Shown piece by piece: positions 1 through 7,470 of a DNA stretch of 11,353 nucleotides; the first letter of the stretch is position 1, and every line of letters begins with the position of its first letter. The position numbers and the translations under genes are program-made. Under the pieces are notes generated by a model, which saw only the letters and a list, made by a program, of their open reading frames with translations, was not told the origin of the DNA and did no database searches. The stretch is from a bacterium (lineage in GTDB: Bacteria; Zhuqueibacterota; Zhuqueibacteria; Oceanimicrobiales; Oceanimicrobiaceae), in assembly GCA_046757025.1 (NCBI GenBank), contig JBHHXN010000165.1, forward strand, positions 1 to 11,353, given 5' to 3'.

Positions 1-35
1 ATGCTGAGTCCCAATTCAAAATCGGAAAACCATGA

Positions 36-67
36 TCTTCACCCTGAGCGGAGTCGAGGGGTGAAGA
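36..67. repeat. REP-like palindromic hairpin (CCCTGAGCGGAGTCGAGGGG core)
   Basis: Perfect 9-bp arms TCTTCACCC (36-44) and GGGTGAAGA (59-67) enclose TGAGCGGAGTCGAG. The core resembles the CTGAGCGGAGTCGAAG-type extragenic palindromes I recall from several bacterial lineages. Only one copy is present here, so repetition cannot be shown. Confidence 0.6.
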
Positions 68-194
68 GCGGTGGCTGCTATTAGCTTTTTTGAACCCTAC
101 AACCATTTCTGAAATGGAGCGCTTTGTCAAATTCACCTTGTGGAAGCTTGCGATTCTCACAAAATATCATTCAACAAAAACCTAAAATTAATTC

Positions 195-223
195 AATATA
201 GAATAATTTCCGCAAGTTGTCAA
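195..223 (-). promoter_or_regulatory. Divergent sigma70-type promoter, firing leftward
   Basis: The minus strand reads TTGACA (223-218), then 17 nt (217-201), then TATATT (200-195): perfect -35, optimal spacer and 5/6 -10. Confidence 0.6.
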
Positions 224-256
224 CACCTATTTTCAATTGGTTGCGGAGATAAGAGA

Positions 257-274
257 TGTCTCAAAAGTGAGACA
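257..274. promoter_or_regulatory. Palindromic operator, candidate enhancer (UAS) for a sigma54 activator
   Basis: Perfect inverted repeat TGTCTCA-AAAG-TGAGACA with TGT-N12-ACA geometry, centred ~160 bp upstream of the predicted sigma54 start site. Confidence 0.6.
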
Positions 275-360
275 ATGAACTTGTTAAAGACATGAATAGG
301 TATTTTTCGTGATGAAATGTACTCCCGAATCTCTGTAGTTAATTTATGTAGCTTAATGTT

Positions 361-373
361 TATTAATAATTTA
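361..373 (+). promoter_or_regulatory. Possible IHF site
   Basis: TATTAATAATTTA matches WATCAANNNNTTR with one mismatch and lies between the palindrome and the -24/-12 motif. The very AT-rich context makes a chance match possible. Confidence 0.3.
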
Positions 374-400
374 AAAATTTATTAATAAAAAATGACAAAT

Positions 401-417
401 TTGGTACACTAATTGTA
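401..417 (+). promoter_or_regulatory. Sigma54 (RpoN)-like -24/-12 promoter
   Basis: TTGGTACACTAATTGTA versus consensus YTGGCAC-N5-TTGCW. GG at 403-404 and GT at 415-416 have exact spacing, but -12 is T instead of C. Predicted start is ~428. Confidence 0.55.
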
Positions 418-687
418 AATGATGTGGGATATTTACTCGGAAACAATTCTAATGAAGGATTCCTAGGTGGTGAAAGCGCAGCAGAGGGTCTGTCATAATG
501 CTAAAAACCAGGGTTAAGGATGCATGTCGGGGACAAGAATTTTCTTTAAAAATGCACAAAAATATTGTTACGCATATGAATTGAAATGAATGTAAGATTA
601 TAGCTGAGGAAGCATTTAATTTAACCCATTAAAAACCAAGTCTGTTAAATCATTTTTTTTTACAATCACTAAACCTGAGAGTGTTTT

Positions 688-1221
688 ATGATTCTTTTTC
701 ATCATATCATTAAACAAAAGTGTTATTTGCTAAAATTATCTTCACTTTTTTTGTTTTGGTCTCTTCTCAGTGGCCAGTTATTCGCACAGGAAAAAGAACA
801 ATATCTACTCGGGGAAGGTGGTAAATTAGAAATGATTGTTCATATCATTGGCGAAGTAAAGCGACCTGGTGAATATCGGGTGGATGATAATACCAATATT
901 ATGGAGCTCATTTCAAAGGCCGGTGGTCCCACGGAATTTTCAAATCTGAATTCGGTCTCGATTACACGGGTCGATTTTGATGTGAGTACGAACGGAAAAA
1001 ACGGTTATTCGCATATAAAAAAGGGCAATAAAATTATCAAATACAACGTCCACGATTATTTGACCAAAAGTTATAAAGCACTGCCCCCCATTTTGAAGCC
1101 GGGAGATATCATTTTAATTCCTAGAAATAGCTGGCACAAGTGGAGAAACGCCTTTACGATTGTTCGAGATTTATCCGTGATTGCAAGCGTTTACTTTTTG
1201 TATTTGCGTTCGACAAAATAA
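688..1221 (+). CDS. SLBB-domain polysaccharide export protein (short Wza/OPX-like)
   Basis: Signal-peptide-like N-terminus (LLSGQLFA|QE), SLBB motif VHIIGEVKRPGEY...ELISKAGG, LKPGDIILIP, and a C-terminal amphipathic/hydrophobic helix. It lies directly upstream of wzc. The start codon is uncertain (weak RBS). Confidence 0.85.
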   Translation: MILFHHIIKQKCYLLKLSSLFLFWSLLSGQLFAQEKEQYLLGEGGKLEMIVHIIGEVKRPGEYRVDDNTNIMELISKAGGPTEFSNLNSVSITRVDFDVSTNGKNGYSHIKKGNKIIKYNVHDYLTKSYKALPPILKPGDIILIPRNSWHKWRNAFTIVRDLSVIASVYFLYLRSTK

Positions 1222-1265
1222 ACGACTTACAATACGCTGAACGTGTTTCCTGAAGGAGAAAGTTG

Positions 1266-3605
1266 ATGAACAACAATGAATCCCAGCAAATATTTAATCA
1301 GATAAATAAAATTTTCAAAAGGCGAAAACTTCTTATTTTGTTTTGTATTTTGGGAGTAATTGCTCCGATTATCTATTTTAACGAGACATCCGCGCCGGTT
1401 TTCGAGTCGCGAACAATGGTGGTTTTCGAAGAATTTACAGGCACGCTTTCCAGTTACGGGTACGATGCTTCGCGGGAAATTTTGATTTTTAACCGGCTGG
1501 AAGAAATTAAAAGTCTGGCCTTTGCTGAAGATGTTGCCAACACCCTCTCTGAGGAGATCATCGATAAAATTAAATTACCGGCAGAGCGTCCTGCCGATTT
1601 CGATAAATTTCAATATATCAGTGAGAAAATTGAGAAAAATATTTCAGCGTTTCCGGTGAGCAAATCAAACATTGTGCGCATCAGTGTGCAATGGACCGAT
1701 CCTTATATAGCCATGGTGCTGGCGAATACCGCAGCAAATGTGCTGCTGGAACGAAATTATAAAATTCGGCAGGAGGGGGTCAGCAGTGTTCGCAAATTTG
1801 TGGAAGAACAATTGCTGCGGGTGAGATCTGAATTGAATGCTTCCGAACAAGCGCTGAAAAAATTTAAAGAGCAAAATCGAATCACCTCCTTTAATCGGGA
1901 GTCGGAAGAGATTCTGAAAAGGTTGACTGAAGCGGAAGTGCTTTATAATCAGGTCAAGGGTAACAAAGGCTCCATCGAGCGTCGGCTGGCAGCCATTCAG
2001 GATAAACTCGCTAAACAGAAACAAAATATCGTGCCTTCCATCACGGACATTGCCAGCCCTTACACGCAAAAATTAAAGGACAAATTAGTCAATTTACAAT
2101 CCGAATTGGCCGGTCTCAAGGTGCAGGGTTATGAATCAACTCACTCAAAAATAATTCAGTTGAATCGCGATATCGAGCAAACCAAAAAGACCCTTGCAAT
2201 AGAAGCGAAGAAGTTAGTGCAATATGGAAACATCAGCGATCCCTTGCTGCAGATTGAAAAGTATTTGAACGATTCTTTTACGTTGCAAATTGAACTGGAA
2301 GCTCTGAAAGCTCAGGAAGTGGCGTTGAAAAAAATCATGGATGATTACGATAAAAGACTTGGCTCTTTGCCTAATAAAGAATTCAATCTGTTGAAATTGA
2401 CTCGGGAACGAGACGTCAATAACAACATTTACCTGAGTTTGATGGAGAAGCTCGAGGAAGCCAAAATTTCCGAAGCGGAGAAAGTCACCAACATTCGAAT
2501 CATCGATAATGCCCGCATCCCCATCAGCCCAATCAAGCCGCGCAAGAAGCTGAATATCACCATCGGTGTGCTGCTGGGATTCATTTTAGGCACGGGCCTG
2601 GCGTTTGTTTTGGAAGTTTCCAACAAGACCTGGGATTCTACGGAGGAGCTGGAAAAATTAACCCAGTGGAATGTTTTGGCTTCGATTCCTAAAATTGAGA
2701 AAATTGCCAGCAACGGTAAAACCTCGGTATCTAACGGCAAAGTCAAACATGAAGCCTATGTGAAAAGAGGGATTATTTCCAGCATCGATCCCAAATCCGG
2801 AGTGGCCGAGGCCTTTCGCATGCTGAGAACCAATCTGCAATTTCAGGGAGTCGGACAATCCTGCAAAACTATTTTGTTTACCAGTATCGGACCATCAGAG
2901 GGCAAATCCACCACCGTGGCGAACCTGGCGATTTCACTGGCAAATCTCGGCGAAAACGTGCTGGTGGTGGATTCCGACTTGCGCAAGCCCATATTGCATA
3001 CCATTTTTGGAATCGACAAAGAACCCGGCCTCAGCGAGCTTCTGGTGAATCACAGCACCATCAACGAAGAGTTGACCACATTGGATGAACAAAAATCGGT
3101 GTTAGGCGACGTGGTCAATCGAGAAGAGATGGGCGAATTGGTGGACAACTTTTCAGAGTTTGTTCTGGACAGCCAGTTTGTTGCCAAAATCGATGACTTG
3201 AAAAACATGAATTCACACAATATTTTGAACAGCACCTTGGTAGAAACGATTCAAATTTCGGAGGTGGGCAACTTAAAAATATTGTCGAGCGGCAAACAGT
3301 TGAAAAACCCCAGCGAAACCATATCTTCATTGTCTATGAGAACCCTGATAGATGAGCTCAAACAGAGATTTAGTGTGATTCTTATCGATTCGGCGCCAAT
3401 TATGCTGGTGCCGGAAACCATGGTTTTGTCGGCCCTGGTGGACGGCGTCATCTTTGTGGTGGATTCTAAAAAATTCAACGAAGAAATGCTGTTAAAAGCC
3501 AAAGGGCTGCTTGAAAAAGCCAACGCCCGGGTTCTGGGTACGGTGTTGAATAATGTTGAATTGAACGGCATTTACAAGAATAATTATTATTATTATGATG
3601 CATAA
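1266..3605 (+). CDS. wzc: Polysaccharide co-polymerase / tyrosine autokinase (Wzc/GumC family)
   Basis: Two TM helices flank a long coiled-coil region. Walker A GPSEGKST, Walker A' VLVVDSDLRKP, Walker B VILIDSAP and a C-terminal Tyr cluster YKNNYYYYDA are present. AGGAG at 1254-1258 favours ATG 1266 over TTG 1263. Confidence 0.95.
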   Translation: MNNNESQQIFNQINKIFKRRKLLILFCILGVIAPIIYFNETSAPVFESRTMVVFEEFTGTLSSYGYDASREILIFNRLEEIKSLAFAEDVANTLSEEIIDKIKLPAERPADFDKFQYISEKIEKNISAFPVSKSNIVRISVQWTDPYIAMVLANTAANVLLERNYKIRQEGVSSVRKFVEEQLLRVRSELNASEQALKKFKEQNRITSFNRESEEILKRLTEAEVLYNQVKGNKGSIERRLAAIQDKLAKQKQNIVPSITDIASPYTQKLKDKLVNLQSELAGLKVQGYESTHSKIIQLNRDIEQTKKTLAIEAKKLVQYGNISDPLLQIEKYLNDSFTLQIELEALKAQEVALKKIMDDYDKRLGSLPNKEFNLLKLTRERDVNNNIYLSLMEKLEEAKISEAEKVTNIRIIDNARIPISPIKPRKKLNITIGVLLGFILGTGLAFVLEVSNKTWDSTEELEKLTQWNVLASIPKIEKIASNGKTSVSNGKVKHEAYVKRGIISSIDPKSGVAEAFRMLRTNLQFQGVGQSCKTILFTSIGPSEGKSTTVANLAISLANLGENVLVVDSDLRKPILHTIFGIDKEPGLSELLVNHSTINEELTTLDEQKSVLGDVVNREEMGELVDNFSEFVLDSQFVAKIDDLKNMNSHNILNSTLVETIQISEVGNLKILSSGKQLKNPSETISSLSMRTLIDELKQRFSVILIDSAPIMLVPETMVLSALVDGVIFVVDSKKFNEEMLLKAKGLLEKANARVLGTVLNNVELNGIYKNNYYYYDA

Positions 3606-3676
3606 TTGTCCACAATTGAATGGATAAGTTGTCTTAAATAAATTTGTTGTTAACCTAATTTGAAAGCAAAACAGAA

Positions 3677-4390
3677 TTGCTGACCATTACCAACATCAAA
3701 TTGCTTTCGCTATTTTTTATCATAGTCGTTTTTGCATTGAGTCTGATCTTGATCATTAGATCGTTGCTCAAGCGAGGACAAGCTGCGGCTTTGAAATCAA
3801 ATGGCCGCACTTTGTCGCCCGATATGCAGCTGCGCGCGGTACCAACATACCGACGTACTCTTTCAAAACTTTCCAATGAGCTGGCGCGGGTGAGAAGGTA
3901 TAACAGGCCGCTGACCATCGTGGTGTTAAAAATCGAAAGCGATCAATTGTTAGTCGATTTGAAGCGCAGTTTGGTGGCCGAAACCGGCAACGGCAGCGTC
4001 AAATCTTACAGCAACATCATCCAGACCATACAGCTGGTTTTTTCACTGGTGGGTTCAATTTTGAGCGAATCGCTGCGTGAGAGCGACATCGCCACTTACG
4101 ATGTTGCCAACAATCAGTATATTATTGTCTTGCCAGAATCGGATAAAGAACAGGCGATGCAAACCGTGAGACGATTAAAAAAACTGCTGTTCAAACGGAC
4201 GGCGGGCCATTTAGTGGAGGGGATAGCTGAGTTTCCCGGGGATGGTTTGATCATCGAAGAACTGGTGAAAGTCGCCATGACATCGTGTGAGAACAAGAAC
4301 CAATCACGGATTCAGCCCAAAGGGTTAAACCGCGGTACGAATCCACAATCGAGAACGGTGGATGAGAATCACGAGAAAACACCAAGATAA
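3677..4390 (+). CDS. Membrane-anchored degenerate GGDEF-domain protein, candidate c-di-GMP receptor
   Basis: N-terminal TM helix plus GGDEF-fold signatures ELARVRRYNRPLTIVVL, LRESDIATY, YIIVLPE and GIAEFPGDG..EELV. The GGDEF loop is replaced by DVANNQY while RxxD (RESD) is kept. TTG start. Confidence 0.75.
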   Translation: MLTITNIKLLSLFFIIVVFALSLILIIRSLLKRGQAAALKSNGRTLSPDMQLRAVPTYRRTLSKLSNELARVRRYNRPLTIVVLKIESDQLLVDLKRSLVAETGNGSVKSYSNIIQTIQLVFSLVGSILSESLRESDIATYDVANNQYIIVLPESDKEQAMQTVRRLKKLLFKRTAGHLVEGIAEFPGDGLIIEELVKVAMTSCENKNQSRIQPKGLNRGTNPQSRTVDENHEKTPR

Positions 4391-4459
4391 ATAAATTTCA
4401 CCGGACGAATTGCATTTCTTTAAAATATCAGCTCGGAATTTTAAACTTCAAAGGATGAT

Positions 4460-5206
4460 ATGTTACAAATAATAAGAGAGTTTAAATCGAAAAGAGTGAA
4501 TTACAGAGCCATTCCACATAGAAAAAATCCGGTCGAATATATTATGAATCTGTCGGCCGATAAGGCCTGGTATGAACTTAACGGCAATAAACCGTTTTTA
4601 AGCAAAGAGGCCTATCTGCGGGCTAAACGTGTCCTGGATTTAATTATTTGTCTGGCTGTTTTGCCAATCGCTTTGCCGATATTAGCTCTGTGTTTTGTGG
4701 CCATCAAAGTGGATACTCCGGGTCCGGTGTTTTTCTTCCAGAAAAGGACTGGCAAGGGGGGAAAACGCTTCCGAGTGATCAAATTGCGGACGATGGTGAA
4801 AAATGCCGCAGAATTGCGAGAAAAATATTTACACCTCAATGAATTGAAAGCCCCTGATTTTAAAATCACCAACGACCCCAGAGTCACGCGGATGGGACGA
4901 TTTTTAAGAAAAACGAGTTTGGATGAGTTGCCGCAAATTTTTAATGTGTTAAAAGGAGATATGACTCTGGTGGGTCCGCGTCCGAGTTCTTACAAAGCTC
5001 ATACCTACGATTTATGGCACACCGCAAGATTTGAATTGAAACCTGGCATCACTGGTTTAGCCCAGGTGTGCGGCCGCAGTGAATTGTTGTTAGATGAAAA
5101 ACTTCGATATGACATTTCTTATTTAAAAAATATGTCATTTTGGTTGGATATCAGAATTTTATTGCGGACGATTTTAGTGGTATTTCGAGGGCATGGGGTT
5201 AAATGA
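4460..5206 (+). CDS. Priming phosphoglycosyl transferase (bacterial sugar transferase, small monotopic PGT)
   Basis: Motifs KRVLD, GPVFFFQKRTG, KLRTM, DPRVTRMGRFLRKTSLDELPQIFNVLKGDMTLVGPRP and KPGITGLAQV. RBS AAGGA upstream. Confidence 0.95.
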   Translation: MLQIIREFKSKRVNYRAIPHRKNPVEYIMNLSADKAWYELNGNKPFLSKEAYLRAKRVLDLIICLAVLPIALPILALCFVAIKVDTPGPVFFFQKRTGKGGKRFRVIKLRTMVKNAAELREKYLHLNELKAPDFKITNDPRVTRMGRFLRKTSLDELPQIFNVLKGDMTLVGPRPSSYKAHTYDLWHTARFELKPGITGLAQVCGRSELLLDEKLRYDISYLKNMSFWLDIRILLRTILVVFRGHGVK

Positions 5207-5327
5207 CATCGGCTGTTTGCGGTCGCCATTTCCCAACATTTTTTCATCAAATAATCGCCGCTTTTGTAATTTTTATCATATCATCCGGTAAATTGCGAAC
5301 GCCCATCATCAATTCGAGGAGATAGAG

Positions 5328-6482
5328 TTGTCCATCGCCATATTCTGGTTTTCCCTGTTTTTATTATTTTATGTTTATGCAGGATTTGCGGTACTGGTGA
5401 TCATCGTCGGCAGTATTCGTAATCTCCGTGTAAAAAAAGAGAAGATTACCCCGCATGTGAGTTTGATCATCGCCGCATACAACGAAGAGGTTAGTATAGC
5501 AGAACGCTTAAAAAATGTACTTCAGCTGGATTACCCCAAAAAGCTACTGGAGATTATCGTGGCGTCCGATGGTTCCGATGACGCCACCGAAAGCATCGTC
5601 TCGAAATATGGAGACCAGGGAGTCAAACTGCTGAGCCGGCCCCGGCGTGGTAAGATCCACGCGCTGAACGATGCGGTAGCCGAAGCGAGCGGTGAAATTC
5701 TGGTTTTCTCCGACGCCAATTCAATTTATGAAAAGCAGGCTTTGCGTGAGCTAATAGCCAATTTCGCAGACCCGCAGGTGGGCGGAGTTGGCGGCAACAC
5801 CGTCTATACTCGTTCTGCTGACAGCGATTCCTGCAGTCAGGCCGAAATTCTTTATTGGACTTATGACAAATGGCTGAAGCAGAAAGAAAGTCTGACCGGC
5901 AGCATCATTTCCGCTCATGGCGCCATTTACGCCATCCGACGGAAACTGTACCGACCGCAAACCGACTCTGCCATTACCGACGATTTTGCTATCTCCACGC
6001 TGGTGATCGAACAAGGCTACCGGCTGGTTTTTGAGCGGGAAGCCCGGGCTTATGAAGTGGCGATTCCGGCAGCGGACCGGGAATTCTGGCGGAAAGTGCG
6101 CATGATGACCAGAGGATTGCGCGGGGTCATGATTCGTAAAAAGCTGCTGAACCCGTTTCGTTACGGTTTCTATTCCATCATCCTGTTTACCCATAAATTT
6201 TTACGCCGATTGGTTTCGTTTATGCTGCTGTCTTTGCTTCTCAGCAGCTTGCTGGTGATGAACAGTCATCCGTTTTATTACTTTTTTGCCATTTCGCAGG
6301 TGCTCTTTTATGGGCTGGCTGGTATCGGATATTTGTTGCGGCATCAGCCCATCGGCCGATTACGGGTGCTGTACATTCCGTTCTTTTACTGCCTGGCCAA
6401 CAGCGCGGCGTTGATTGCATTCATGAATATCTTGCGTGGTCACCAGATCGAAAGATGGCAGCCGCAGCGTCACAGTCCGTAA
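5328..6482 (+). CDS. GT2 family glycosyltransferase, membrane-associated
   Basis: Motifs SLIIAAYNEE, SDGSDDAT, GKIHALN, FSDAN, GAIYAIRR and TDDF, with one N-terminal and several C-terminal TM helices. RBS GAGGAG before a TTG start. Confidence 0.92.
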   Translation: MSIAIFWFSLFLLFYVYAGFAVLVIIVGSIRNLRVKKEKITPHVSLIIAAYNEEVSIAERLKNVLQLDYPKKLLEIIVASDGSDDATESIVSKYGDQGVKLLSRPRRGKIHALNDAVAEASGEILVFSDANSIYEKQALRELIANFADPQVGGVGGNTVYTRSADSDSCSQAEILYWTYDKWLKQKESLTGSIISAHGAIYAIRRKLYRPQTDSAITDDFAISTLVIEQGYRLVFEREARAYEVAIPAADREFWRKVRMMTRGLRGVMIRKKLLNPFRYGFYSIILFTHKFLRRLVSFMLLSLLLSSLLVMNSHPFYYFFAISQVLFYGLAGIGYLLRHQPIGRLRVLYIPFFYCLANSAALIAFMNILRGHQIERWQPQRHSP

Positions 6483-6541
6483 ACAAATAAAATCGATTTT
6501 TATAATGAACCAATAAACATGAGGATAATCGGAGAGCTGAA

Positions 6542-7426
6542 TTGTTAAATGCTTTTACCATAGATCTGGAAGAATATTTTCAAGTGTCGAAATTTGAGCA
6601 CGTCCTCACCCGCGAACGCTGGCACGACCTGCCGTCGCGTGTGCGCAGCAATACTATCCGCATTTTGGAGCTTTTAGACGAATATGAATGCCGTGCCACT
6701 TTTTTCACGGTGGGCTGGGTGGCTGATAAGTACAAAGATCTGATTCGTGAAATCGCCGCGGCCGGACATGAAATCGGCAGTCACAGTTACTGGCATCGTC
6801 GCGTATCAGATATTTCACCACAGGAATTTCGAGAAGATATTCAAAAGTGCAAGTCGGTTTTGGAGGATGCTTCGGGAGAGGAAGTGCGGGCGTTTCGGGC
6901 TCCAACGTATTCCATCATTGATTCCTCGAAATGGGCCTGGGATGTTTTGCTCGAAGAAGGTTTTCAAATCGATTCCAGTGTGTTTCCCATCCAGCACCAT
7001 CGCTACGGAAATCCCGATGCCAATCGGTTCCTGCATCAAATTGTAAGAGATGCAGGAACGATTATCGAGTTTCCGTTGTCCACCATGAAAATTGCCGGCA
7101 GCACCGTGCCCATCGTCGCGGGTGGGTATTTGAGGTTTTTTCCATACTTGTTTACCAAATTAGGTATTAAACGGATAAATAAAGCTGAAAAAAAACCGGC
7201 GGTGATCGCGTTTCACCCCTGGGAACTGGATCCGCATCATCCCATTCCACGCGTAAGTTTATTAAAAAGAATACGACATAAAATCAACATAAATACCACT
7301 GAAAGTAAACTGAGAAAGCTTTTGACTGACTTTCAATTTGGAACGATAAAAGAAGTCGTTGAACAGCATTTCAAAAACGAACAAGGTACGCTCACAAAAT
7401 TAACTTCAGACTTTGAGTTAGCTTAA
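6542..7426 (+). CDS. Polysaccharide deacetylase (CE4/NodB fold, PEP-CTERM/XrtA-associated type with DUF3473)
   Basis: Motifs NAFTIDLEEYFQ, ATFFTVGWVA, GHEIGSHSYWH, FRAPTYSI, DSSVFP, GGYLRFFPY and FHPWELDP. RBS GGAG 7 nt before TTG. Confidence 0.9.
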   Translation: MLNAFTIDLEEYFQVSKFEHVLTRERWHDLPSRVRSNTIRILELLDEYECRATFFTVGWVADKYKDLIREIAAAGHEIGSHSYWHRRVSDISPQEFREDIQKCKSVLEDASGEEVRAFRAPTYSIIDSSKWAWDVLLEEGFQIDSSVFPIQHHRYGNPDANRFLHQIVRDAGTIIEFPLSTMKIAGSTVPIVAGGYLRFFPYLFTKLGIKRINKAEKKPAVIAFHPWELDPHHPIPRVSLLKRIRHKININTTESKLRKLLTDFQFGTIKEVVEQHFKNEQGTLTKLTSDFELA

Positions 7427-7470
7427 CATAGATAAATTTCTCAATTCTGAGGAACATGGAGGCGAATAAC

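Noticed and set aside
66..80. ops/JUMPStart-like GAGCGGTGGCTG
   Set aside because: Poor match to GGCGGTAG, and it lies upstream of the predicted operon promoter.
1..84. + strand mini-ORF MLSPNSKSENHDLHPERSRGVKSGGCY
   Set aside because: It is largely a translation of the REP-like palindrome, and there is no evidence of coding.
81..170. 29-aa minus-strand ORF (MIFCENRKLPQGEF...) behind the divergent promoter
   Set aside because: Very short, weak RBS and no recognisable motif. It cannot be supported without conservation or Ribo-seq data.
438..535. Possible c-di-GMP riboswitch (GGAAACAA..., GAAA...CGCA)
   Set aside because: It lacks the conserved cores and pairing of class I (GGCAAAC/CGCAAAGC) and class II (GGGCACUU pseudoknot) as I recall them.
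3604..3627. DnaA-box-like TTGTCCACA and small palindrome AATTGT-CC-ACAATT after wzc
   Set aside because: Isolated, imperfect and AT-rich. There is no box cluster and no GC stem with a U-tract, so neither an origin nor a terminator is supported.
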